Source: Octopus sinensis (lineage: Eukaryota). From it: a stretch of DNA of 64,000 nt. Positions 12,965 to 24,648 of the stretch are shown here, piece after piece (the stretch's first letter is position 1; each line of letters starts with the position of its first letter). The position numbers and the translations under genes are program-made. Under the pieces are notes generated by a model, which ran no database searches, had not been told where the DNA came from, and saw only the letters and a list, made by a program, of their open reading frames with translations. Location of the stretch: positions 190,898,001 to 190,962,000 of the forward strand of contig NC_042997.1 of assembly GCF_006345805.1 (NCBI RefSeq), given 5' to 3'.

Positions 12965-13645
12965 GCGTCCATTTATCATATTTCATATTTCACTAACAAT
13001 AGACTCGAAATTCAATGGGCGATGCCCTCACAGGTTTATATCCTGTTTACAGCGTTAATTTAACCATAGGCGTGGCTATGTGGTAAAAAGTTTGCTTCTC
13101 AACCACATGGATCCGTGTTCAGTCCCACCGCGTGGCACCTTCGGCAAGTGTCTTCGACTACAGCCTCGGGCCGACCAAAGCCTTGGGAGTGGATTTGTCA
13201 TACGGAAACTGAAGGAAGCCCATCATGTGTGTGTGTGTGTGTGTCCACCATTTGGAACAGGTGTTGGTATGTTTACGTCCCCGTAACTTAGCGGGTCAGC
13301 TAAAAAGCGATAGAATAAGTACCAGGCTTTAAAATGTAAGTCCTAGGGTCAATTTGCTCGACTAAAACCCTTCAAGGTAGTGCCCCAGTTTAGCCGCAGT
13401 CAAATGACTGAAACAAGTAAAAGATTAAAGATTAATGATTTAACGATTCTTTTTTATAATTATTTTGCTTCACTACTCTCATAACATTAGGGTAGGTATG
13501 AACGCCACAACTTCCTATTTGACAATCTGTGATAAAGAAACTAGTGGTTGATGAAAATGGGCAGACGCTTTATTTTCATTAACGAGAAATAAATATCTAT
13601 CAACTATAAGGTAACATTATTAGCTTCAGGCAATTGTCAGAAAAG

Positions 13646-13874
13646 GGAAGCGCAATGGCTCAGTGGTTAGAGCAGCGAACTCGCGGTCGGAAGATCGCGG
13701 TTTCGGTTCCCAAACCGGGTGTTGTGTGTGTTTATTGAGCGAAAACGCCTAAAAGCTCCACGAGGCTCTTCCTGTTTCTTGAGTAACGCTGCGATGGACT
13801 GGCGTCCCGTCCAGCTGGCGGGGAACACATACGCCACAGAAACCGGGAAACCGGACCCATGAACCTAGCTAGGC
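13646..13874 (+). mobile_element. tRNA-derived SINE (family B) with 13-bp TSD
   Basis: Flanked on both sides by AATTGTCAGAAAA; (AGA)n-like tail. Confidence 0.85.
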
Positions 13875-15049
13875 TTGAAAAGGGCGACAAGAAGAATTGT
13901 CAGAAAATAAGAGTGCCGGACTTCTTATCCGACTTCCAGAAATCCGGAGTTTCCCAAAATTTGTCAACACTGCAATATCATGTAATATACCGTGTCCTGT
14001 ATTGATTAAACAGATCCTGGTTTTGAAGTTGATTAATTTGCATACGATGCGTTAAAAATGGTTTTCTTCTTTACTTCTTTTAAGTGGATTCATAAAGATT
14101 ACGTGAAGGCGCATGGCTCACTGGTTAGAACGTCGGGCTTTCAATCATGAGGTAGTGATTTCGATTCGCGGACCAGGCTGCGTATTGTGTTGTGTTGTGT
14201 TGTGTTCTTGAGTAAGGCAATTTATTTCCAGTTCACTCAGCCGTACGAATGAGTTGCGATGACACTGGTACCAAGTTGTATTCGCCTTTGTTTTTCCCCT
14301 TGTATAACATCAGTGACATGGAGACTGGTATGGATGGGCAACCGCCGGTCTTTCATAAACAACCTTGCCCAGACTTGTGCCTTGTGGGGCGGGGTTAACT
14401 TTTTAGGTGCAATCCCGTGACGCTTCATGACCTTTTACCCTTTATTTTTACCCTGCTAAAGATTACACATACTCTGATTTAGAAATGTCTAATTTGTACC
14501 TGTATATGTTAAATAATATCGTGTTTCTTACTTCGTGTAATTTCCATAATATGAAAAATTTACTTTATATATGGTACAGAATTTTAAGAATTTTAAGTGG
14601 ACGAATAAATAACAAACTGACCCTACTTCAGAAGTGTATCGATTGAATTAGTTTAATACAATTTAGTTCTTTTAATAGTTTTTTTAAGCAAGCGTTTAGA
14701 AATTCTCTGGGAAACTGGAAAATCCAGAAATCCGGGACAGCTCCGGTCCTAAATTGGATAAAATGGTCTGGTACAGTATTGAGCTATGATGCATAACGAA
14801 GGGAGCGAAATGCAGAGTTTGAAAGAGTTATTTCCCTTGCTATGGTTTAATATCTTTATGTTAAACCGCTGGATTAAGTGAGTTACGTCCCTTGTATTAA
14901 AGACTTTCGTTACGTGAAATCTGCTATATTTTGCGTGTACATGCTGCGTTCGTGCGTTCGTGCGTGCGTGCGAGCGAGCGTGCGTGTGTGTGTGTGTGTG
15001 TGTGAGTATACATACACGACCATGAAATTAATAACGTAATTAGGATATA

Positions 15050-15265
15050 TTTCTTTATTGTCCACAAGGGGCTAAACATAGAGGGGACAGACAAAGGGAT
15101 TAAGTCAATTACATCGACCCCAGTGCGTAACTGGTACTTAATTTATCGACCCCGAAAGGATGAAAGGCAAAGTCGACTCGGCGGAATGTGAACTCACAAC
15201 GTAACGGCAGTCGAAATGCGGCTACACATTACGCCCGGCGTGCTAACGTTTCTGCCAACTCGAGG
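15050..15265 (-). mobile_element. Monomeric family C SINE with intact head
   Basis: Contains the whole 184-bp array unit plus the ~45-nt head (...ttggcagaaacgttagcacgccgggcg) that the array lacks. Confidence 0.85.
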
Positions 15266-15397
15266 ATAGCGAATGAACTGTAGGAGAGACATGAAATAAG
15301 AGCTGATACAGATCAAGGAACATTGATAAATCCTATTTTTAAAAATGTACCCCTTCACTGAAAAGGTACTGCATAAGCACGAAAGACACAAACCATA

Positions 15398-15603
15398 GTC
15401 GGAGCACTGCACCCTTCAAAACTTCCATGCTTCCTGACATTCGCCAACACTACACCTGATTTTCTCCCCTCCATACACACGCAAGCATGTATCTGACTCA
15501 TACACTGTTCACCCCTCAGGCATTTGTACATTACTGCATATGCTTTATACGCACTTTTTGAGAAGTTGTGGTGCACCTGAGCACTGTATACAATAATTTC
15601 ATT
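15398..15603 (+). mobile_element. CR1-like LINE 3' terminus (short copy)
   Basis: SRSTAPFKTSMLPDIRQHYT* plus 3' UTR; reverse complement of 15693-15898. Confidence 0.8.
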
Positions 15604-15692
15604 ATTATATATAGAGGGAATGTCCCTCTATATATAATAACAGCCACCAAGTTAAAACACAAGCAACCTGATATTGTTGGAAAAGATATAAC

Positions 15693-16100
15693 AATGAAAT
15701 TATTGTATACAGTGCTCAGGTGCACCACAACTTGTCAGAAAGTGCATATAAAGTACATGCAGTAATGTAGAAATGTCTGGAAAGCGAACAATGTATGAGT
15801 CAGATACATGCTTGTGTGTGTATGGAGGGGAGAAAATCAAGTGTAGTGTTGGCGAATCTTAGGAAGCATGGAAGTTTTGAAGGATGCAGTGCTCCGACAA
15901 CTAACAACTGATGCCGGCAGTTTGTTCCATGCTTCAGCAACTCTCAGCGTGAAAAAATGTTTCCTGAAGTCATGGGAGCTGTGCTGTTTTCTTACTTTGT
16001 AAATATGTCCACGGGTGTTAGATGGGTGGAGTTTGAAAAGGTGCTCAGAGTTATTGTATGTTCTTTTGCATTGGAAACCAATGTAGTAAGAAAAATACAA
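15693..16100 (-). mobile_element. CR1-like LINE 3' terminus
   Basis: TRGHIYKVRKQHSSHDFRKHFFTLRVAEAWNKLPASVV is the typical CR1 ORF2 C-terminus. Confidence 0.85.
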
Positions 16101-16439
16101 GAGAAAGAGAACATCTATGGACTATTGGTTAGGCATTTGAAAACCTAGTACAAAAGATACACTTCCAGCTTCATATGTATTACTATTCGAACAACAGGAT
16201 ACATACCAACCTGTCTGGGCTAAAGTATGGTTGAACTTGGGTTCATGAGGAGGGAATGTAACTCTTTAATTTATACATTACCAATGACCGTGATATCTGA
16301 GACTGTAAAAATCTGCAACGCCTTCTTCAGAGTTAAAGGATTATGAACAAAAACAAGATGGTTTCCTTCACAAACTTGCTATGAAGCAGGTGGCCAGTCG
16401 AAATTTACTCCAAATTAAAAAGAGAAAGAGAACATACAG

Positions 16440-16678
16440 ATGCATGCATGCATACATGCATACATACACATATATACACATATACATATACTCATACACA
16501 TATATATATACACATATACATATATACACATATACATACATATATATACACACACATATATATATATATATACACATTTATATATATATACATATACATA
16601 CATACATATATACGTATATACATACATATATATGTGTGTGTGTGTGTGTGAGTGTGTGTACACATATATGTATATGTA

Positions 16679-16734
<56 letters not shown>

Positions 16735-16903
16735 AACATATACATATACATACAGATATACATATACACATATACATACATAAACACATATACATATATA
16801 TATATACATAAACACATACATATATATACATATACACATATACATACATATACACATATACATATACACATATACATATATACATATACACATATACATA
16901 ATA

Positions 16904-16963
<60 letters not shown>

Positions 16964-16990
16964 AACACACATATATATATAAATATATAC
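16440..16990. repeat. Compound (TACA)/(TATACA)/(AT)/(GT) microsatellite
   Basis: Directly visible; source of the 120-217 aa YI/HT ORFs. Confidence 0.95.
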
Positions 16991-17835
16991 TTTACACTCT
17001 AAGTAGTCAAGAAATAAACTGTAACTTCGCATAGGAGTTAAAAGAAGTTTACCATAAAACACACATCTGAAGGAACCATTCTTGACATTTTACATAGGCC
17101 ACAACAGATAGATAAAATGCTCTTGAAGCCGAGAATTTGAATTTATGGAGGCAATATTTACATATTGCTTTAGAAAACACAATGAGATCTCATAATGCAA
17201 GGAAATGGTTGCATAACCAAGTATCTGCAAGCCTAGAGAACTACATATATATATTACCCTACTGATGCATCTAAATCCCAATGCAAAAGTTTTTGCTTTG
17301 AAGCCAGAACACAGCTCCTTCTCCATAGGTCAGAAATTCAAAAAATAGTCTCAAATTTTGGCACAAGGCCAGAAATTTTAGGGGACGGGCAAGTTAATTA
17401 CATCATCCCTAGTGCTTTATTCGTACAACATTTAATTGGCACCAAAAAAATGAAAAGCAAAGTTGATCTCAGCAGGATTTGAGCTCAGAACATAAAGAGC
17501 CAATAAAAAAGTTGTTACTCTTTACTCTTTTACTTGTTTCAGTCATTTGACTGTGGCTATGCTGGAGCACCACATTTAGTCGAGCAAATCAACCCCAGAA
17601 CTTATTCTTTGTAAGCCTAGTACTTATTCTATCGGTGTCTTTTCCCGAACCACTATGTTACGGAGATATAAACACACCAGCATCAGTTGTCAAGCGATGT
17701 TGGAGAGACAAGCACAGACACACAAACATACACACACATACATATATATATATATTTTTTCAATATGTGACTGCGTGAGTATCGTTGGCAATTTTCTTTC
17801 TCCGTCATCCCTTCTTTGGACCTTTCCTTTTTCTA

Positions 17836-17872
17836 TGTTTCTGAAGAAGAGCTCCACTCGAAACGTTAAATA
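17836..17872 (+). ncRNA. Minimal hammerhead ribozyme-like motif
   Basis: UGUUU-CUGAAGA-A-GAG(CUCCA)CUC-GAAAC-GUU|AAAUA with palindromic AACGUU stem III. Confidence 0.5.
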
Positions 17873-19138
17873 AGATGCACCATCCAAAGGCAGACGTGGA
17901 TTGCCTTTACCTTCCCAGAGCTCAGGGAGGTTGAGATTTGATCCAGCTTGAACTTACATACAAAACCACCACAATCGGACTGGCCAAATACCTTGAAGCA
18001 ACCAACGATTGGATGCTAAAACTTGTTGAAAAACATGAAGGACCGAATTAACTTCACTCTATCCTCAAAGAGAGCAAAAAATTCGCTGCTGATCTCTTAG
18101 ATACCCGCCAGATTGAGCAGGCTGAAGGAAATGCACCAACTGCAGCTGCAAAGAAAATAAAATTAATTGCAAAGACAAAAGCACATGAAAATTTAGCTAG
18201 CAGATGGGAACAGAAACCTCTCCATAGCAAGTATGTGGCCCGTAGCAAACAAGCTGATGTCGACCAGAAACACATGCACCAATGGTTATGAAGCTCAGGG
18301 TAAAAGCAGAGAGTGAAGGTTTCATATTAGCTGCTCAAGACCAAAGCTTATTAACCCAGAACTACCAAGCCAATGTGATAAAAAATGGAGCTGTAACGAC
18401 GAGATTGAAACAATAGACCACCTAATCTCAGAGTGTAGAGTCTTAGACCTGCAGAATATAAAGCAAGACATGACAGAGTCGGCCAGAGTCAGACATTGGA
18501 CAATATGTTGGTATTATGAAATCAAAACCGCTGACAAATGGTATAAACACCATCCTGAAGCTGTGACTGAGGGAGAAAATGTGTCGATTCTATGGGACTT
18601 CCCCGTACAGACCGACAAGACTATAAAAGCTAATAAACCGGATATTTTTATAAAAGATCAGACAAAAAAGATGCGTTTATTAATTGACATGAGTATCCCT
18701 TGTGATCACAATATAGCGGCGAAAGAATTTGACAAGATTAGTAAATATAAAGACCTGCTAATAGAAATTGAAAAAATGTGGCATCTCAAGGCGACTACAG
18801 TACCAGTGATTGTAGGATCTCTAGGAATGATAAAAAAGGTACTGAAACCTATTTGAAAATGATTCCAGGCTTACCATCCCTACAGGAAGTGCAAACAATC
18901 GTATTAACTGGAACGGCTCATGTACTGAGAAGAGCATTATCGCTGTGAAAACAACATCCATCCATGAATTTATTTATTTATTAATTTTTATATACATACT
19001 TAATCTGTGAATTTGCTTGTGTAATCTGGGAATGCATACAATGAGCTTCTCTGCCCTAGGTGTATGGAAAACACTCGTCGAGAAACGGGAGAAAATTTGA
19101 AGAAAGAAGGAAAAAACATAATAATCATAATAATAATA
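17873..19138 (+). mobile_element. Non-LTR retrotransposon 3' fragment with restriction-like endonuclease (R4/Dong-like)
   Basis: Degenerate MHHPKADVDCLYLPRAQGG...GFILAAQDQSLL...ETIDHLIS...ILWDFPVQTDKTIKANKPDIFI...LLIDMSIP...KYKDL (PD-(D/E)xK RLE), followed by a (TAA)n tail. Confidence 0.88.
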
Positions 19139-19384
19139 TTTCTGTTGTGTCTGGGGGGGGAGTCATTTTCTTTTTGTGCCTTATAATGTAGCACACTCAC
19201 CGGTAAAATTTCCACAAAAAATTAAAAAATAAAATAAAAAATAAGAAATAAGTGGAAATTTTACCAGTGTGTGTGTTACATTATAAGGCACAAAAAGAAA
19301 ATGACTCTCCCCAGACACAACAGAATATGCTTCAACACACGAACTCATATAAAGAATCTTGCAAACCAAATCCAAAAACGAAAA

Positions 19385-20202
19385 ATAATAATAATAATAA
19401 TAATAATTTATTCTTTTTATTGGCCACAAAGGCTGACATGCATGATTACATAAAGGGACAAAACAGGACGAAAGGTTACAAAGGGTTTTGTCCGTTTTTG
19501 AAAAATCCTAGTAAAAACTTTATAACAATTAATAAATTAACAATGAAAAACTCCCAAAAGGGGGAGGCGTTACGAAAGGTTCCTGGTGGAAAAAACCCTA
19601 TAAAAGCCAACGGGAGCCTGGTCAAAAAAGGGGTGTAGAGAGTCCCTTTTTTCTCCTTTTATATTACCCTTTTGAAATCACAGGCGAAACCTGAGAACTG
19701 GTCCATTTATACTGACCAGTCTCGCACAATTCACCCACCTTTCATAAAACTTGCTATCGGACAGCACTTTCCTCTCTAACCTCATCTTCCTTTTCAAGTG
19801 AAACTTGAAAAAGTTGATGAGGCCTTGACCAAACAGGAAAGTGTCTGACTTTAGCTTCAAACGAGTCCACCACACCACCTCTTTCGCCACAGCCACTAGG
19901 CACAAGAAAACGGCCTCGCCCTCCTTGTTAAAGGAGGTCGGCGGGGCAATCTTCACTATGGATTCGGCCGATAGTCGGATCCGTCCTACACATGACAGTA
20001 GCTGTTCGACATAAACCCATATTTCAGCAATACTCGGGCACTGGACGAGTGCGTGCAGAACGGTTTCGTCGTCCTGGCAACACCTCGGGCAGGCCCGGCT
20101 GATGGCACTTCCATGCTGGTAGAGTTTATCTCGAACAGGCAGAGTTCCTCGGTAGCACTGCCAGGCGAGCGACCTCTGGAAATTATCCATTGGCTCCAGC
20201 CC
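19385..20202 (-). mobile_element. L1/Tx1-clade LINE 3' fragment (zf-RVT zinc knuckle)
   Basis: ORF 19678-20190: AWQCYRGTLPVRDKL...CPRCCQDDETVLHALVQCP (CCHC), 3' UTR, AATAAA and (TTA)n tail on the minus strand. Confidence 0.88.
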
Positions 20203-20317
20203 TTCACAAGTGAATTAGCAAATTATCTAATTTACTGGATTTGAAATCACACTTATTGCTCATACTTCAAACGCACAAACTATTTATATTCGCCTTACTG
20301 CTACTTGTTTGTTTACA

Positions 20318-21609
20318 TCTTCTTTATATATAAAAGTGAAGTTGTGTGTCTGTCTCCTACGATTTAGATTCTTAACTACTCCCACATTTTGCGGTGCAGT
20401 GTAACCAAAAGCGGGTATCTTATAGTCGTGATTCATATCGAGCCCTTCTGGGAATTAGCGCGCATCTACGATGAGTCTACGATTTTAAAAAAAATTTACC
20501 ATCATTTTTTTCCATTTTTAATGCATTTTTTTGCTATTATATAAGGGAAGTAACTCTCTAAAAATGTATTATTAAATCTCAGAACGTAAAAAGCTACAGT
20601 AACACCCCCCTTTGTGGTTAGCCATATTGAGATGGCTATTATACTTTACATCTCTAAAAATGCTTATATAGTTATTTCCCTTACAAACCCGAGCAACGTC
20701 AGGCGATACTGCTAGTCTATATATATAAAACTCTAGTTGTGTGAGTGTCTGTCCCCTTCGATTTAGATTCCTAACTCCTCCCACATTTTGCGGTGCAGTT
20801 TAACCAAATTCGGGTATCTTATAGTCGTGATTCATATCGAGCCCATCTGAGTATTAGCGCGCGTCAACGATGAGTCTACGATTTTAAAAATAATTTAACA
20901 TCATTTTTTATTCCATTTTAATGCATAAAATGCATCGTGTGTCGATGGCGGCGGAGTTGGCGTCCACGCTCACAGCTGCACCTGTTTGCTTCTCCCCCTT
21001 CCCTCCTTCGTGAAGCTGTGGGGAAGGGAGTGTAAAGAAATCAACGTCGTAATGCGTTGTGAAGGAAACCAGCGTTCTTTTAGAACAACGACTTCATGGC
21101 TTGAAGACACCAAAACAAAAATGGCTAAGAAAGCCCGAATTTATAAGGGAAGTAACTCTCTAAAAATGCTTATATAGTTATTTCCCTTACAAACCCGAGC
21201 AACGCCGGGCAATACTGCTAGTTATATATAAAAGAAAGGTTGTGTGTCTGTCTACTCCGAATTAGATTCCTAACTACTCCCACATTTTGCGATGCAGTTT
21301 AACCAAAACCGGGTATCTTATAGTCGTGGTTCATATCGAGTCCTTCTGGGTATTAGCGCGCGTCTACGATGAGTCTACGATTTAAAAAATAATTTACCAT
21401 CATTTTTTCCATTTTAATGCATATTTTTTAATAAAGGGAAGGAACTCTCTAAAAATGTCTACGATGCGTCAACGATTTTTAAAAAAATTTACCATCATAT
21501 TTTTTCCATTTTTAATGCATTTTTTTGCTATCTTTTGGCTATAACTCTCTAAAAATGCTTTATAGTTATTTCCCTTACAAACCCGAGCAACGCCGGGCAA
21601 TACTGCTAG
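20318..21609 (+). mobile_element. Three head-to-tail non-autonomous Helitrons (20318-20715, 20716-21221, 21222-21609)
   Basis: Each unit ends with hairpin plus CTAG. Junctions are CTAG|TC and CTAG|TT. Outer ends are A|TC...CTAG|T, confirmed by the empty site at 21964/21965. Confidence 0.9.
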
Positions 21610-22412
21610 TTTAAATATAAAATGCGAGTTAGCCTTTATAATGAAAACAATTTGGTGGCACACTTGTGTAGTTATGCCCAGATGCTAAACAGAATTTGCC
21701 TACCTCAATTTAACAATGAAATGAAAATGTATTTTTATCTCCTGCCTAAGTAACGAAATTCGAATCTGCCAGAGAAAAAGAAAAAATAATAATAATAATA
21801 ATAACAACAACAACAATAACACAAATAATAATAATAATAATTAAACACTTTCACAGGTGAATTAGCAAATTATCTAATTTACTGAATTTGAAATCACATT
21901 TATTCCTCATACTTAAAACACACAAACTATTTATTTTCCCCTTACTGCTACTTGTTTGTTTACATTTAAATATAAAATGCGAGTTAGATCTTTTTTAAAC
22001 GAAAACAACACACAAAATTAGAAGCACGAAAATTGTTGATAAAATCTTTATTATGATCATGAGATCTAACACAGAAAGGGACATAACAAGACAGACAACT
22101 ACAAAAATGTTACACGAGTTCGAATGAGACTTTTTAAAATTTAATTATAATATGACATCAACGAAACCTTTGCCTTTACAACGAGAACTTCAAGGTAACA
22201 GTCATGTATACAACTTGAACTGACACATATCATTACATAAACATGTACAAACACACAGATACGTCTACACACTCTCCTAAATACTCACATACATACGTAA
22301 GTACATACATACATGCGTATAGGCATGCACACACACATACATAAATACATACGCACATACATACATACATACGCACATACATACATACATACATATATAT
22401 ACACACATACAT

Positions 22413-22467
<55 letters not shown>

Positions 22468-22689
22468 ATATAATCATGAATTAACTGTTACTTTCTCAGA
22501 TGCAGCATGAAGCTTTGTCAGTGAACAGGTCGCGGTCTCAAAGCGACTAAAATATTTTGAAAAATTAAATTTAAATGTTGAAGTGAATCTAAACAGTTTT
22601 TGAGTGTTTCTTAAATGGCTTTATAAACACCTTCCACCTTCCACGCTGCAATTGAGAACTTCTATGTTTTAGGACGAAAGTTGTCTGAT

Positions 22690-22881
22690 TTCGTGAACTT
22701 CTGAACTCGGAAGTATTTATCTGCCCTTCTTCCCGAAACCAACGGAAGAGGAGGAACCGGAATAGGTTAAGCACTTCTCTCTAATATATTATATAAAACC
22801 CCATCAAAACGTCAGCGAAGTGCTGGTGGGTTTCTTTGCTTTACCTGCTGCTGGGAATACTTTTTTACAAAATATTTACGA
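22690..22881 (+). promoter_or_regulatory. Putative FKBP15 core promoter / 5' UTR with ETS-like motifs
   Basis: CGGAAGT at 22708, CGGAAG at 22743 and ACCGGAA at 22756 lie in a non-repetitive, CpG-retaining stretch just upstream of the ATG. The TSS cannot be determined from sequence. Confidence 0.35.
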
Positions 22882-22934
22882 ATGTTCTTCGACCAAGATG
22901 AAGACGAGCAAGATTTTATGTCCCCCTCGGCAGG
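22882..22934 (+). CDS. FKBP15: FKBP15 ortholog, coding exon 1 (MFFDQDEDEQDFMSPSAG)
   Basis: ATG at 22882. The peptide resembles the recalled vertebrate FKBP15 N-terminus (MFGAGDEDDTDFLSPSGG). Ends GG|GTAATG (phase 2) and joins exon 2 in frame. Confidence 0.88.
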
Positions 22935-23484
22935 GTAATGTATTTCGAATTTTATTTGCCGCCCTTATTCTATAATTATAATAATAGATCTTGGTCGATG
23001 GTGTTTAAACTTTGTTTAAATAAGTTCAGGCAATAAATAATGCCAAAAAATATAATCAACATCAGGAATATACCCTCTCCCAAATTTGTTTTCCTTATGT
23101 ATAATTTCACCTATGTATAATAAATACTAAAATATTAAGATGTAAATAAATAAACCACTGTTTCGGTCTTTAATACTTGGCTAAATACACATAGCATCGT
23201 TCTATGGGTTTTTTTCTATTGCTGAGTTTTGGGATCGGAGTAATTAAAAATATCTAAATTTATAAGAATTGCTTCGATATCTTTAGGCAAAGTTATTTAT
23301 TTCTAAAATTGTCGTTAATGTTTAGCCCCGGATTAGATCGAATATATAAGCTTCCTTTTTCTTTGTACATGAGTATATCTATTCTTACATATCCATAATT
23401 GTGTTTTGGACAACATTCACACCATCGATCTAATTAAAAATTGACTATGTAGTTAACTATACCGGCCTTGTAATATATATATAT

Positions 23485-23533
<49 letters not shown>

Positions 23534-24158
23534 ATATATAATGCACACACTAATGTTCTTATAATTTTAGGAAAACAAAGTATCAGTCATCTATCGTTTT
23601 GGGCTACCACCAAGTGGGCGTGATAATTTCTATTTCAACTATCAATGTTTTCGTCCTCATATTTAGCATTTTATCGTGTTACATATGTCCTTAATGTGTT
23701 GTGTATGCAAACTAAATTAGATCTCCAGTTAGATTTTATTTTTAATTAATTAAATAACAGTTTTAATATAAAGTTTTATAGTTTTCACTTTAGTAATTTG
23801 CTTCTGAAATACCATATTCTGTGAATCTCCGGTTATTTAAATAGCTCGGCATATTTAAAACTAATTGCGTCTGAAAATTAACCCAAGTTACCGAAGTAAC
23901 TTTTAATGTTTATAAAATTGTTGGTTTTTATAACAAATCGTCACTTATCTTTCATTCTGGTGGAACGAAAACAAACTTTTTTAACGTTTTGGATTTTCTG
24001 AAATTCGCTTCCACACTCGTGACAGACTAAATAAACAGTTAACTAGATTGTTGTTTATCCCCATGATCTACGCCTCAGATGTAATATATATCTAGGACTA
24101 CGTTCTGTAGTGTGCTCTTCCTTTAGTAATTTGCTTCTGAAATACCATATTCTGTGAA

Positions 24159-24648
24159 TAACAGGGAAACCTCCTACAGATCACATCCAGTCGCTTTAAA
24201 AATAGAACTGATACATTGAACCTTAAGACAAGAAGTTGCCTTCTATTTCTAGCAGGTTCAACGACCGTGCAGAGGGTCCCCTCCTCTGAAATTTCTCTGG
24301 GTAGGGTAGAAGTAAGAATGTTTCTCTAATCAAAGAAGGAACCTCTAAGTTGTCGTTCGGCTCACTAGAAATAACAGGGAAACCTCCCTCCTACAGATCA
24401 CATCCAATCGCTTTAAAAATAGAACTGATACATTGAACCTTAAGACAAGAAGTTGCCTTCTATTTCTAGCAGGTTGAACAACCGTGCAGAGTTCTTACTT
24501 CTCTGGGTAGGATAGAAGTAAGAATGTTTCTCTAATCAAAGAAGGAACTTCTAAGTTGTCGTTCGATTCACTAGAAATAACAGAGAAGCCTCCCTCCTAT
24601 AGATCACATCCAATCGTTTTAAAAATAGAACTGATACATTGAACCTTA
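24159..24648 (+). repeat. ~2.3 tandem copies of a ~210-bp SINE-like unit
   Basis: aataacagggaaacc...gatacattgaacctta...cactagaaat repeats from ~24159, ~24371 and ~24577. Confidence 0.8.

Noticed and set aside
2092-17062. Many 60-217 aa ORFs rich in CV, HT, YI and MY
   Set aside because: They are translations of dinucleotide and tetranucleotide microsatellites, which lack stop codons in several frames.
16141-17330. Coding-looking stretches either side of the compound microsatellite (e.g. [20 protein letters not shown])
   Set aside because: Stops occur in all frames, no consistent splice sites are present, and no motif is identifiable; at most a very decayed element.
22589-22774. Minus-strand ORF as first exon of a divergent gene
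   Set aside because: Its 3' part is a dispersed repeat also present at ~2440-2560, and the peptide has no recognisable homology.
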